A DNA stretch of 37,772 nucleotides from a virus (IMGVR_UViG_2563366960_000009:1-37772), one strand, 5' to 3'; shown: positions 23,964-34,382, counted from the first letter of the stretch. Made by a program: numbers and translations. Notes: a model not told the origin generated them from the sequence alone.

Positions 23964-26744
23964 ATGAGCACGAAATTTAAAACCGTTATCACTACTGCCG
24001 GAGCCGCAAAGCTGGCAGCTGCCACTGTCCCCGGCGGGAAAAAAGTAACCCTGTCTGCAATGGCCGTGGGTGACGGTAATGGCAAATTGCCGGTGCCGGA
24101 TGCCGGTCAGACGAAACTGGTGCATGAGGTCTGGCGTCACGCTCTGAATAAAGTCAGCGTGGATAATAAGAATAAAAACTATATCGTGGCTGAACTGGTT
24201 GTACCGCCCGAAGTGGGCGGCTTCTGGATGCGTGAGCTTGGTCTGTATGACGATGCCGGAACACTGATTGCGGTCGCCAACATGGCGGAAAGCTATAAGC
24301 CTGAACTGGCTGAAGGCTCCGGGCGTGCGCAGACCTGCCGCATGGTTATTATTGTCAGTAACGTGGCGTCCGTTGAGCTGAGTATTGATGCCAGCGCAGT
24401 GATGGCGACGCAGGATTACGTCGATGACAAAATCGCAGAACATGAGCAGTCCCGCCGCCATCCTGACGCCACGCTGACAGAAAAAGGTTTTACTCAGTTA
24501 AGCAGTGCAACAAACAGCACCAGTGAAAAGCTGGCGGCAACGCCAAAAGCGGTCAAGGCAGCAAATGACAACGCAAATTCACGTCTGGCGAAAAATCAGA
24601 ACGGTGCAGATATCCAGGATAAATCAGCTTTTCTGGACAATATTAGTGTTACCAGCCTGACGTTTATGAAAAACAACGGCGAAATGCCGGTTGATGCTGA
24701 TCTGAATACATTTGGTCCTGTTAAGGCTTATTCAGGTATCTGGTCTAAAGCAACGTCCACCAACGCAACACTGGAGAAAAATTTCCCGGAAGATAATGCT
24801 GTCGGTGTGCTTGAGGTTTTTGCTGGCGGCAATTTTGCAGGCACGCAACGCTATACCACACGTGACGGAAATTTGTATATCCGCAAACTCATTGGAACAT
24901 GGAATGGTAATGATGGACCATGGGGAGCATGGCGCCATGTTCAGGCTGTAACGCGTGCTCTAAGTACGACCATTGACCTTAACTCTCTCGGTGGCGCAGA
25001 ACATTTAGGTCTATGGAGAAACAGCAGTTCAGCAATAGCTTCTTTTGAACGACATTACCCCGAGCAGGGAAGAGACGCGCAGGGCATTCTGGAAATTTTC
25101 GAAGGTGGGCTATATGGACGCACACAGCGTTATACAACCCGTAACGGGACTATGTATATTCGCGGCCTGACAGCCAAATGGGATGCAGAAAATCCACAGT
25201 GGGAAGACTGGATCCAAATTGGTTATCAGACCAGTAGTACCTTCTATGAGGATGACCTGGATGATTTGATGTCTCCGGGTATTTACAGTGTGACAGGCAA
25301 AGCGACCCACACCCCAATCCAGGGGCAGTCTGGTTTTCTGGAAGTCATCAGGCGCAAGGATGGTGTCTATGTTTTGCAACGTTACACGACCACAGGAACC
25401 AGCGCAGCTACAAAAGACCGTTTATATGAGCGAGTGTTTCTTGGTGGCTCATTTAACGCGTGGGGGGAGTGGCGACAGATTTATAACTCAAACTCTTTGC
25501 CGTTAGAGTTGGGTATCGGTGGCGCAGTGGCAAAACTCACCAGCCTGGACTGGCAGACATACGATTTTGTGCCGGGCAGTCTGATAACCGTTCGGCTGGA
25601 TAACATGACCAACATTCCCGACGGTATGGACTGGGGCGTCATTGATGGCAACCTGATAAACATCGCAGTTGGTCCGAGTGATGATTCCGGTACGGGACGC
25701 TCAATGCATGTATGGCGCAGCACTGTAAGTAAGGCCAACTACCGCTTTTTTATGGTGCGTATTTCAGGAAATCCCGGAAGCCGCACGATTACAGCAAGAC
25801 GAGTACCAATCATTGACGAAGCCCAGACATGGGGCGCGAAACAGACATTCAGTGCTGGCCTTTCTGGTGAACTGTCCGGCAATGCGGCGACAGCAACAAA
25901 GCTGAAAACAGCCCGTAAAATTAATAACGTTTTGTTTGATGGAACATCAGATATTAACCTGACGCCGAAAAATATTGGTGCATTGCCAATAACGGGAGGA
26001 ACTCTTACTGGCGGTTTAACGGCTGATGGCGAGATTATTTCCAAATCGGCGAATGGTCTGCGTATTGCCTATGGCAACTATGGATTCTTTATCCGAAACG
26101 ATGGTTCAAACACATACTTCATGTTGACCAATTCGGGAGACAGCCTGGGAACATGGAGTAGTTTAAGGCCGTTTGCCATTAATAACGCCAATGGCGATGT
26201 TTCTATCGGTAATGGACTCAATGTTACTGGTGATATAGGAACCAATGCTTGGGTATATGCAAATCGTTTGGCAATTAATAGCAGTAGCGGCATGTGGATA
26301 AATATGCGTGACCAGAATGTTATTTTCGGACGTAATGCGGTATCCACCGATGGTGCTCAGGCATTGTTACGTCAGGACCATGCTGATCGCAAATTTATGA
26401 TTGGTGGTCTGGGGAATAAGCAATTTGGCATCTACATGATTAATAATTCAAGGACAGAAAATGGCACCGATGGTCAGGCGTACATGGATAATAACGGGAA
26501 TTGGCTTTGCGGTGCGCAAGTTATTCCCGGCAATTATGGTAATTTTGACTCACGCTATGTGAGAGATGTCAGACTTGGCACACGTGTTGTTCAGACCATG
26601 CAAAGAGGCGTGATGTATGAGAAATCAGGCCATGTAATTACTGGGCTTGGCATTGTCGGCGAAGTTGATGGCGACGATCCGGCAGTATTCAGACCAATAC
26701 AAAAGTTAATTAACGGAACGTGGTACAACGTGTCACAGGTGTAA
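23964..26744 (+). CDS. Tail fibre protein (P2 gpH-like) with three tandem internal repeats and a divergent distal region
   Basis: N-terminus MSTKFKTVITTAGAAKLAAA... is the conserved P2 H baseplate-attachment region. 926 aa is longer than P2 H (about 670 aa). Confidence 0.85.
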   Translation: MSTKFKTVITTAGAAKLAAATVPGGKKVTLSAMAVGDGNGKLPVPDAGQTKLVHEVWRHALNKVSVDNKNKNYIVAELVVPPEVGGFWMRELGLYDDAGTLIAVANMAESYKPELAEGSGRAQTCRMVIIVSNVASVELSIDASAVMATQDYVDDKIAEHEQSRRHPDATLTEKGFTQLSSATNSTSEKLAATPKAVKAANDNANSRLAKNQNGADIQDKSAFLDNISVTSLTFMKNNGEMPVDADLNTFGPVKAYSGIWSKATSTNATLEKNFPEDNAVGVLEVFAGGNFAGTQRYTTRDGNLYIRKLIGTWNGNDGPWGAWRHVQAVTRALSTTIDLNSLGGAEHLGLWRNSSSAIASFERHYPEQGRDAQGILEIFEGGLYGRTQRYTTRNGTMYIRGLTAKWDAENPQWEDWIQIGYQTSSTFYEDDLDDLMSPGIYSVTGKATHTPIQGQSGFLEVIRRKDGVYVLQRYTTTGTSAATKDRLYERVFLGGSFNAWGEWRQIYNSNSLPLELGIGGAVAKLTSLDWQTYDFVPGSLITVRLDNMTNIPDGMDWGVIDGNLINIAVGPSDDSGTGRSMHVWRSTVSKANYRFFMVRISGNPGSRTITARRVPIIDEAQTWGAKQTFSAGLSGELSGNAATATKLKTARKINNVLFDGTSDINLTPKNIGALPITGGTLTGGLTADGEIISKSANGLRIAYGNYGFFIRNDGSNTYFMLTNSGDSLGTWSSLRPFAINNANGDVSIGNGLNVTGDIGTNAWVYANRLAINSSSGMWINMRDQNVIFGRNAVSTDGAQALLRQDHADRKFMIGGLGNKQFGIYMINNSRTENGTDGQAYMDNNGNWLCGAQVIPGNYGNFDSRYVRDVRLGTRVVQTMQRGVMYEKSGHVITGLGIVGEVDGDDPAVFRPIQKLINGTWYNVSQV

Positions 26745-26747
26745 TTT

Positions 26748-27275
26748 ATGCAGCATTTAAAAAACATTGTCGCCGGCAATCCAAAAACCGTTGAGCAATA
26801 TCAGCTAACAAAAAATTTTAATGTTGCCTGGCTGTGGTCAGAAGACGGAAAAAACTGGTATGAGGAAGTGAAGAACTTTCAGCCGGACACAATAAAAATT
26901 CTTTACGACGAGAACAATATTATTGTGGCCGTAACCAGAGACGCTTCAACACTGGACCCTACAGGCTACAGCGTTGTCGAAGTTCCCGATATCACCGCCA
27001 ATCGTCGCGCCGACGATTCAGGAAAGTGGCTGTTTAAGGACGGAGCTGTGGTTAAACGGATTTATACGGCAGACGAGCAGCAACAGCAGGCCGAATTACA
27101 AAAGGCCGCATTGCTTTCCGAAGCTGAATCAGTCATCCAGCAGCTGGAACGCGCTGTCAGGCTGAATATGGCGACGGATGAGGAGCGCACACGACTGGAA
27201 GCCTGGGAACGCTACAGCGTTCTGGTCAGCCGTGTGGATACAGCAAAGCCCGAATGGCCACAAAAGCCTGAGTAA
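26748..27275 (+). CDS. Tail fibre assembly chaperone (P2 gpG-like)
   Basis: 175 aa, same length as P2 G; immediately downstream of H. Confidence 0.8.
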   Translation: MQHLKNIVAGNPKTVEQYQLTKNFNVAWLWSEDGKNWYEEVKNFQPDTIKILYDENNIIVAVTRDASTLDPTGYSVVEVPDITANRRADDSGKWLFKDGAVVKRIYTADEQQQQAELQKAALLSEAESVIQQLERAVRLNMATDEERTRLEAWERYSVLVSRVDTAKPEWPQKPE

Positions 27276-27490
27276 AAATTAAGCTCCGATATCGGGCCTT
27301 CTCTCATTCTGGTTGTTCGGGAAACGTTACTGGCAGGCCGGAGGTGTCTGTGGATTCGACTTTCTACGCGTAGAGCATCCATTCGGTTAATTTTTGTTTA
27401 TTCTCGTCGGAAATGATGCCCAGCCGTAGCTGTGAGCCCCATAGGCGATATACAGACTGAAGAAACAACCAGGCAGATCCAGGAAAAAGA

Positions 27491-27522
27491 AAACCGCTAA
27501 TCTGAACATTAGCGGTTTTTTG
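27491..27522. terminator. Bidirectional intrinsic terminator between G (+) and U (-)
   Basis: aaccgctaat-ctgaac-attagcggtt with TTTTT on the plus side and a T-rich tract on the minus side. Confidence 0.6.
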
Positions 27523-27529
27523 CGTTAAT

Positions 27530-28024
27530 TCAGAACAGCCCTTTAACTGAACTGGTTGCGCTGTTAAGAGATGATGTCACCTTATCTTTGAAGCCGGACA
27601 GCATATCGCTGAACGATGAGGATTGCAGGCGCTCCCGCAAATCCTCATCACAGCGTTCAAGGGTCAGTGAAAATTCTATCTTTTTCGCCTTACCGTAGCG
27701 ATCAAACTCGGAACGGGTCGTATTCGTTTCGGTCAGAACATACATGCCGTAAATCTGCCCGACGCCATCAATAAGAGGCCAGGGGCGTCCTGTATACGCC
27801 TGCGTGGTCAGCAGCGACAGCGACACTTCACCACCTGTAATTTCAGGATAAAGCACACCAGAAAGAACAATACGATCATCGCCTGCCCCGATATACTGCC
27901 AGCTTGCTGAACGGTTAACGCGTTCATTTTTCACATGTCGCCAGCTTTTATTTTGCTGTAACTGCTGATGCGGCAATGTGCGCAGCTCAAAAACAAACAT
28001 GCCGTAGATCATCATCATGGCCAT
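27530..28024 (-). CDS. Tail protein (P2 gpU-like)
   Basis: NKSWRHVKNERVNRSASWQYIGAGDD...GVLYPEITGG resembles recalled P2 gpU. Confidence 0.85.
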   Translation of the reverse strand: MAMMMIYGMFVFELRTLPHQQLQQNKSWRHVKNERVNRSASWQYIGAGDDRIVLSGVLYPEITGGEVSLSLLTTQAYTGRPWPLIDGVGQIYGMYVLTETNTTRSEFDRYGKAKKIEFSLTLERCDEDLRERLQSSSFSDMLSGFKDKVTSSLNSATSSVKGLF

Positions 28025-28030
28025 GACTCC

Positions 28031-30874
28031 TCAATCTTTATCGTAAAAACTGCCACGTCCGGCACGGGCGCGCCGTTCCACCTCTGCCCTGACCATTTCA
28101 CCGACCAGTTTCGCCAGTTCGCGGGGATTCTGCGTAACAACGTTATGCAGATGAACATGAATTTCACCACCAAATCCGGAGGCAACAGGCTCCCGGTTAC
28201 GGGAAGTTACAGGAACTGATGCCACTGGCGATCGTATGGCCTCCGCCACCGGGCGGGAGCTGGCCGCAACAACAGGGACCAGCGCCGGAGGCAGCGGAGC
28301 CGGGACCACGGGTGTGATATTAATTGCGGGGGCAGGCTTACTGACATGCGCAATCTTCCGCTCCTGCCACTCCCCACGAACAGCAAGTGCGCGGGGCAGG
28401 TTCTTAAAGACAATATCGCCGGGGCCAATGCGTTTTTTCGTCTCATCAACCAGCTTACCTGTGTTATCAGCAATTTTGCTGAGTCTGCGTAGCGTCCCGG
28501 TATTGCTGTCTGTGAGCGGTTTGTTGTCTTTGGGTTTATCACCTCCGGTGCCATTGCCATTTTCCACAGGCTTCGGCGGATTGATTTTCGCCAGGTCCCC
28601 CTGAAGCAAGGCAACCTTGTCCTGAAGAATGGCCGCACGCTGTGCGTCTTCGATTTTCTTTCTCGCCCTTTCCGCTTCATCCGGAAGCACACCGAGTTTT
28701 TCAAGTATCCACGCCAGCGTATCCAGCAACATTTTTGCAGGTGTCAGAACAAGCTGTAACGCGCCGCCAAGAACGTTACCGAATATCTCGCCAGCACTGG
28801 TACATTTATCCAGCGTTTCCTTGCTGGACTCCATCGGTGACAACAGCGATTTAAACCAGTTAAACACCTGACTGATCCCGCTTCCGATTGCGTCAAAAAC
28901 AGGACCAAACCGTTCAAAGGTTTCGCGCAACGGGGTCAGCCTTTCCATAATCCCGCTGAACACCCCGGCAAAAAATGCCCTGATGGGATCCCAGTATTTC
29001 CAGATGAGAACCGCCGCAGCCACAAACGCAGCAGCAATCAATCCGACCGGACTGAACAACGCCCCGATAGCGCCCCCCAGTAACGAAACGGAACCCGTCA
29101 CCATTCCCCATAGTGCTGGCAGAACCCTGACAGCATTCATTGATCCGGTCAGGAGGGAAAAACCAAGACGCAGTTTTGCCAGCGGGCCAGCAAGCACACC
29201 AATAGCCAGCGACAACGAGCCAACCGTTGCAGTCATTGCCAGCAGTGCACCGCCTGCTATCAGTAGCTGGCGCGTCAGTACCGGATGGGCCTGCGCCAGC
29301 GCCGTCACCTTTGATACCACACGCGTGAGCCACTGCGTGACAGAACGCAGCGGACCGTCAATCAGATCTGCAATGCGGATGCGCAACCCTTCCCATGCAC
29401 TGCTGAGTGATTTCAGATCGCCGTCAAGGTTGTTGGCCATAACCTTTGCCGTGCGTTCAGCCTCACCGCGCGCGCCTTCAAGTTCTTTTCTCAGTTTGGG
29501 TAAGGAGCCGTCACCTGCCGCATCAACGAGGGCCATAAATGATGTGAAAGCCTCTTCTCCGGCAATGTCCTTAAAGAACGATACCCGGTCAACTTCCCCG
29601 TATTTGCGGGTAGCTTTATAAAGGTCAGCCAGCACATCCTCCATCGGGCGCATTTTGCCCCCGGCATCCGAGACAGACACGCCAAGCTCTTTCAGCGCCT
29701 CTGCTGCCGCCTTTGGCGGTGATGCCAGACGAGCCAGGCTGGCACGCATTGCCGTACCAGCATCACTCCCCCTGATACCCATATTCGCCAGCACGCCCGC
29801 CATCGCTGCGGCCTGCTCCAGCGATATTCCCAGCTTACCCGCCACCGGACCTGCATATTTCATGGTTTCACCCAGTGCGCGAAGGTCAGTGTTGGTACGG
29901 GTAAACGCTGCGGTGAGTGTGTCGCCGACCCGGTCCATCTGGTCAGCAGAAAGACCGAACTGCGTCAGAATATTTGAGCCAATATCCGCCGTCTCACCGA
30001 GGTCCATACCGCCAGCCGTTGCCATGCTCAGTACGCCAGGGAGCGCAGCCTGAATGGCCTGTGGTGTAAAGCCAGCCATTGCAAGAAATGCCTGCCCACT
30101 GGCGGCATCGCCTGCGGTGAACTGCGTTTCAGAGCCCAGTTTTAACGCCTGCTCACGCAGCGCCTTAAACTGCGGGCTGTTTTTGTCGATTCGCGTCAGT
30201 GCCTGAACGCGGGACATCTCTTTCCCGAACCCGATCGCAGGCTGCAAAAAACGCCCGGCAGCATAGCCGCCCGCCGCTGCCGCACCAATTGCCAGCGCAC
30301 CACCTGTTTTCAGTTTTCCCGCTGTTTCCTGCGCGCGCGAATACCGCTCACGCGCCCGCGTTACACGCGCAAGCGCCTGCCGTTCGCGTTCAAGCTGGTT
30401 GTTGTACTGTTCGGTGCGTCTGATGGCCTGCTGGATGGTGTTATCGCTGCCTGTCAGGGAAATGCCGTGGCGTTTCAGCTCTCCGCCAAGCTCCCGCATT
30501 TTCTGAATTTCCCGTGTGCGCGATTCATTCAGGCGTTCAAGCCGGGTGCTTAACTGCTGCATCAGCTTTTGTTGTTTTTCGCTGAGCACTGTACCCGTGC
30601 GTTGTAACTGATTAAGGGCGTTAAGCTGGCGTCGTGCTTTCACGATACCCGCATCCGCTTTACTGACAGCGTCGCGGGCGCGCTCAAATGAACGCGCCTG
30701 ACGCTCGAGATTTTTGATCGCCCCCTGCGTTCGCTGGATGGAGTCACCAAACTGCCCCATCAGGCGGCGGGCGTTTTCGGCAGGCCGGGTCAGCCTGTCA
30801 ACGGCGCTGAAAGCGACCCGGATGTCAAGAGTCTTCATTGTCTGCATTCCCGCTGCGAAGTGCCGCCCGCTCAC
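28031..30874 (-). CDS. Tail tape-measure protein (P2 gpT-like)
   Basis: 947 aa, coiled-coil N-terminal part and Gly/Ala-rich hydrophobic middle; between E/E' and U. Start uncertain (GTG 30874, ATG at 30847 or 30838). Confidence 0.85.
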   Translation of the reverse strand: MSGRHFAAGMQTMKTLDIRVAFSAVDRLTRPAENARRLMGQFGDSIQRTQGAIKNLERQARSFERARDAVSKADAGIVKARRQLNALNQLQRTGTVLSEKQQKLMQQLSTRLERLNESRTREIQKMRELGGELKRHGISLTGSDNTIQQAIRRTEQYNNQLERERQALARVTRARERYSRAQETAGKLKTGGALAIGAAAAGGYAAGRFLQPAIGFGKEMSRVQALTRIDKNSPQFKALREQALKLGSETQFTAGDAASGQAFLAMAGFTPQAIQAALPGVLSMATAGGMDLGETADIGSNILTQFGLSADQMDRVGDTLTAAFTRTNTDLRALGETMKYAGPVAGKLGISLEQAAAMAGVLANMGIRGSDAGTAMRASLARLASPPKAAAEALKELGVSVSDAGGKMRPMEDVLADLYKATRKYGEVDRVSFFKDIAGEEAFTSFMALVDAAGDGSLPKLRKELEGARGEAERTAKVMANNLDGDLKSLSSAWEGLRIRIADLIDGPLRSVTQWLTRVVSKVTALAQAHPVLTRQLLIAGGALLAMTATVGSLSLAIGVLAGPLAKLRLGFSLLTGSMNAVRVLPALWGMVTGSVSLLGGAIGALFSPVGLIAAAFVAAAVLIWKYWDPIRAFFAGVFSGIMERLTPLRETFERFGPVFDAIGSGISQVFNWFKSLLSPMESSKETLDKCTSAGEIFGNVLGGALQLVLTPAKMLLDTLAWILEKLGVLPDEAERARKKIEDAQRAAILQDKVALLQGDLAKINPPKPVENGNGTGGDKPKDNKPLTDSNTGTLRRLSKIADNTGKLVDETKKRIGPGDIVFKNLPRALAVRGEWQERKIAHVSKPAPAINITPVVPAPLPPALVPVVAASSRPVAEAIRSPVASVPVTSRNREPVASGFGGEIHVHLHNVVTQNPRELAKLVGEMVRAEVERRARAGRGSFYDKD

Positions 30875-31363
30875 GCCAGCTAACCACTTCGCCGGGCGTC
30901 ATCATGAAGATTTCGGCGGGCGACCAGTTAAAAATGGCGGCAATATCCGCCACCAGATCTTCGATGTGCTCAAAGCACACCAGGGTGATTACGCTGCCGT
31001 CTCCTGCACGCTCTTCGCGCCAGAGTCTGGCTCGCTCATAAAATTTACAGCCACAGCGCACAACTGAATAAAATCGCGTGACGACATTTTTTTAATCATC
31101 ACTTCATCCAGTCGTGGCGAAGTCACGCGAGGCAACAGCGTGAACATGGTATCCGCTTTCAGATTCAGCACATCAGACAGCGACAGACCACGCAGGGATC
31201 CCGCCTGCTCAATAGCCCCGGTGATCTCCACATACGTGATTTTTTCGCCACCACGCTCAATTGGTCGGGTCAGTTTTACGCCACGTTCGACAGCCATATC
31301 CTCACCTGCCGTCACATCATCCGCCACGGTGTTATTCCGGGTTTCAGTATCGATGTCTTTCAT
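30825..31363 (-). CDS. Predicted E+E' fusion made by programmed -1 frameshifting at an A7 slippery run (plus-strand T7 at 31087..31093)
   Basis: The -1 frame is open from the A7 run to a stop at 30825 and overlaps the tape-measure start, matching the conserved chaperone frameshift known from P2 E/E' and lambda G/GT. Confidence 0.55.
30989..31363 (-). CDS. Tail assembly chaperone (P2 gpE-like)
   Basis: ATG at 31363 with AAGGAG site; lies between the tube gene and the tape-measure gene. Confidence 0.7.
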   Translation of the reverse strand: MKDIDTETRNNTVADDVTAGEDMAVERGVKLTRPIERGGEKITYVEITGAIEQAGSLRGLSLSDVLNLKADTMFTLLPRVTSPRLDEVMIKKMSSRDFIQLCAVAVNFMSEPDSGAKSVQETAA

Positions 31364-31418
31364 CAGTTGTCTCCTTTTCAGTCAGAGGCGACGCACTGCG
31401 CCGCCTGCATATTACTTA

Positions 31419-31931
31419 TCAGCCAAGCCCAAGCGCGGAACGGATACGGTCAGGCACAATGTCCTTGCCGTCCTTCCGGTAGATGTGGTTCAACAGGTCG
31501 ATTTCCCACAGCGGGCGATCGTTAACGCTCAGCTTGTAGTAGGTGTTTTTGACAGCGTAAGTGTGTGATGTGGCTTCGCCCTGTTTGGCTTCCCCCATAT
31601 CAATTTCCGTCACACGTCCGCGCATCTCGATTTCATACAGATCGCTTTCTGCATCGGTGTAGTATTCACCCGCAAAACGCAGCAGCGTGCCGTCAATCGT
31701 GCCGCCATATTTAAGGAACAGCGCACGAACAGCTCCCCCCATAACAAAACTCGCATCAAGCGCGGAGTCGTCCAGACCGAGATCAATACTTACCGCCCCC
31801 ATCATGCCACCACCACGATAGCTGTCGGTTTTGCGCGTCAGTTTGGGCGGCGTGACGGATGTCACTTTACCCACTTCGTTTTCACCATCCACAAACAACG
31901 TAAAAAAGCGAAGATGTTTTGGTACAGCCAT
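31419..31931 (-). CDS. Tail tube protein (P2 gpFII-like)
   Basis: KLTRKTDSYRGGGMMGAVSIDLGLDD resembles P2 FII (KLTRKLENYRGAGMNGSAPVDLGLDD, recalled). Confidence 0.85.
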   Translation of the reverse strand: MAVPKHLRFFTLFVDGENEVGKVTSVTPPKLTRKTDSYRGGGMMGAVSIDLGLDDSALDASFVMGGAVRALFLKYGGTIDGTLLRFAGEYYTDAESDLYEIEMRGRVTEIDMGEAKQGEATSHTYAVKNTYYKLSVNDRPLWEIDLLNHIYRKDGKDIVPDRIRSALGLG

Positions 31932-33115
31932 CAGGCACCTCCCAGCACCGCAAATGCGGGACCAAAGAATTCATCAGTAAACGTCTGGTAAAGCTCCATG
32001 TCTTCCAGTGGCGGAACGGGCGTATATTTGTAGCGAATACGCACACGTCCCTGACGTAAATTCGTGGTGCCGTTATCCACCACGTCATACCAGCACTCCG
32101 CACCAATCAGTTTCCCGGCAGTAACCAGCGAATCCAGTTTTGCCCTGATGGCACTGATAACATCCTTCACGTTCGCAGGCGTCAGTGGACTGTCGATGGT
32201 TTCAAACTGCGCTTCCGCAATTGAATCAGCCAGCACCTGTGCGGTTCGGGTATACACCTCAAAGATGTAGGCGTTCGTTTCCGGTGTGCGGTTGCCCCAG
32301 AAGCGGAACCCGTTGCGACGAATAATGGTCGTGATTTCTTTGTTATTGAGGCTGTTGGCATCACTGTCTTCGGCCTGCAACGACCAGAACACATGCCTGG
32401 ACATTCCCAGCACATTTTTAACCGGAACGTTGGACAGCGATTTGTGCCAGCCCTGCTCATGGTCAATGTACGCACGAAGGCCGCACGCATAAGCAGGCGC
32501 GGGGAACGTTTCGTTTTTGCCACTTTTCGGGTTGTAGGCGATGAAGTCAGGCCATAAGAGCATCACCTCACGTTCGTTGAATTTCTGGCGGTAGGTAATC
32601 GCCTCAGCCATCGTGTTACAACCATGACATGTGGCATACACAAACGCGCGCAGTTTACCCGCAATCACGCACAGGGATTTTGTCACCGCCTCCGTGTCCA
32701 GCTCCGGCGCGGCCAGAATACGCGGACGGTATCCGATGCTTTCATCCTGCTCTGCAACAAGCAGCGCATACATCCCCGTATAGCTGCCGTCAGATTCAGA
32801 ACCACCGATAACCAGTTGATCCTGCGTCTTTCCGTTTTCTTCTTTGTGTTCAGCCACGCGAACGACGATCACCTTTGTGCTCACCTGGTCTGCGATGGCC
32901 TTAAGCGCACGATAAAGCGTCCCCGTTGTTCCGCATTTTCCCAGCACGTCATTGACGCGGGTCAGCAGTGTGGGCTTGTTCAGCGGGAACAGCTCCGCAT
33001 CCGCATCATCCGCCGTTGCCACGATACCGATAACACTGGAATCAACATCATTAATCGCCGTTACCAGGTCGGTACTTTCCGTAACACGGGCACCATGAAA
33101 ACGAGTTTCACTCAT
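31931..33115 (-). CDS. Contractile tail sheath protein (P2 gpFI-like)
   Basis: 394 aa; ETFPLNKP, KLRAF, WPDF, EQGWHK, GFRFWGNRT and YTPVPPLE motifs match recalled P2 FI. Confidence 0.9.
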   Translation of the reverse strand: MSETRFHGARVTESTDLVTAINDVDSSVIGIVATADDADAELFPLNKPTLLTRVNDVLGKCGTTGTLYRALKAIADQVSTKVIVVRVAEHKEENGKTQDQLVIGGSESDGSYTGMYALLVAEQDESIGYRPRILAAPELDTEAVTKSLCVIAGKLRAFVYATCHGCNTMAEAITYRQKFNEREVMLLWPDFIAYNPKSGKNETFPAPAYACGLRAYIDHEQGWHKSLSNVPVKNVLGMSRHVFWSLQAEDSDANSLNNKEITTIIRRNGFRFWGNRTPETNAYIFEVYTRTAQVLADSIAEAQFETIDSPLTPANVKDVISAIRAKLDSLVTAGKLIGAECWYDVVDNGTTNLRQGRVRIRYKYTPVPPLEDMELYQTFTDEFFGPAFAVLGGA

Positions 33116-33272
33116 AGCTTCAGCCCCTTGTATCCGTTAAATGATTCGGCAACAATCATCACCCACCACGCGCGTAATCTCACCCCTGCGCCGTTCTCCC
33201 GACCCGGCGACAACAAAAAGCAGTAACCCCCTCCGCACGCACATGCGACCATGCCGCACAGGGAGGGAACAG

Positions 33273-34382
33273 ATGACCGATACCACCATGCAATTGCTCA
33301 GTCAGGGCACAGACCCCGTGAAAATGCCGGATTTTGATATTCTCGCGGAGGGTAAAACGCTGTCAGGCGTGGCAGAGCGCCTGATGAGCCTGTCACTGAC
33401 CGACAACCGGGGATTTGACGCGGACCAGCTCACCATCACGCTGGATGATGCGGATGGTCAGTTGCAGCTACCGCCACGGGGCGCGCGCCTGACGGTTCTC
33501 ATTGGCTGGAAAGGAGAACCGCTGACAGAAAAAGGCACTTACATTGTTGATGAAATCGCTCACGAAGGACCGCCGGACAGGCTGACTGTTTCAGCCAGAA
33601 GCGCAGATTTTCGGGATGAATTTAACGTTAAACGTGAGGTGTCCTGGCATGATGTGACCGTTGAGCGTGTGGTATCCGCCATCGCTCATCGGTATGGTCT
33701 GAAACCGCAAATCAGCGAAATGCTGATTGATATCGAAATCGACCACGCCGACCAGACCGAAGAAAGCGACATATCCTTCCTTACGCGCATGGCGGAAATG
33801 CTGGGCGCAATCACCACGGTAAAAAGCGGCAATCTGTTATTCATCATGCCAGGTGGTGGCGTGAACGCACAGGGCCAGCCGTTGCCCTCATTCGCCATTA
33901 CACGCAGCAGCGGCGATCGCCATCAGTTCCGCATTGCTGACCGCGAGGCGTATACGGGGGTACGCGCCTACTGGCTTGATCTTAATTACGGGAAAAAGAA
34001 AAAAGTCAGCGTGAAACGCCGTAAACCGCCAAAACCCAAAAAGGAGAAAAGCAGCAGCCGTGAAGGTGATTATATGGAAGGCGCGGAAGGCAATGTGTTT
34101 GTGTTACGCAAGACTTATCAGAACGAGCAGGCAGCAAGACGCGCAGCGGCGGCAAAGTGGCAGCAACTACAACGCGGAGCCGCATCATTCTCCATCACGC
34201 TGGCGCGTGGACGTGCAGAACTCTACCCCGAAATGCATGGCACGGTAACAGGATTTAAAAGCGAGATTGATAATCAGGACTGGATCATTGCAAAAGCCGA
34301 GCACACCATTGATAATAGCGGCTTTACCACGCAGCTTGAGCTTGAGGCAAAAATCCCGGAATGGATAGCGGAAACAGAGTGA
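33273..34382 (+). CDS. Tail protein D-like (late gene D)
   Basis: ATG at 33273 with GGGAGG site (the longer track ORF from 33141 is Pro/Arg-rich and lacks a site); about 370 aa; followed by ogr as in P2. Confidence 0.8.
   Translation: MTDTTMQLLSQGTDPVKMPDFDILAEGKTLSGVAERLMSLSLTDNRGFDADQLTITLDDADGQLQLPPRGARLTVLIGWKGEPLTEKGTYIVDEIAHEGPPDRLTVSARSADFRDEFNVKREVSWHDVTVERVVSAIAHRYGLKPQISEMLIDIEIDHADQTEESDISFLTRMAEMLGAITTVKSGNLLFIMPGGGVNAQGQPLPSFAITRSSGDRHQFRIADREAYTGVRAYWLDLNYGKKKKVSVKRRKPPKPKKEKSSSREGDYMEGAEGNVFVLRKTYQNEQAARRAAAAKWQQLQRGAASFSITLARGRAELYPEMHGTVTGFKSEIDNQDWIIAKAEHTIDNSGFTTQLELEAKIPEWIAETE

Noticed and set aside
26745-27530. Invertible tail-fibre segment or Z/fun-type hotspot cargo after G
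   Set aside because: No recombinase gene, no alternative fibre C-terminus and no ORF in the 254-bp gap; only a bidirectional terminator.
28983-29621. 212-aa plus-strand ORF (and similar frames 28236..28604, 29655..30053)
   Set aside because: Antisense shadows inside the tape-measure gene; Ser/Ala/Pro/Arg-rich.
33141-33272. N-terminal extension of gene D (track start at 33141)
   Set aside because: Extension is Pro/Arg/Ser-rich with no ribosome-binding site; the ATG at 33273 has a GGGAGG site.
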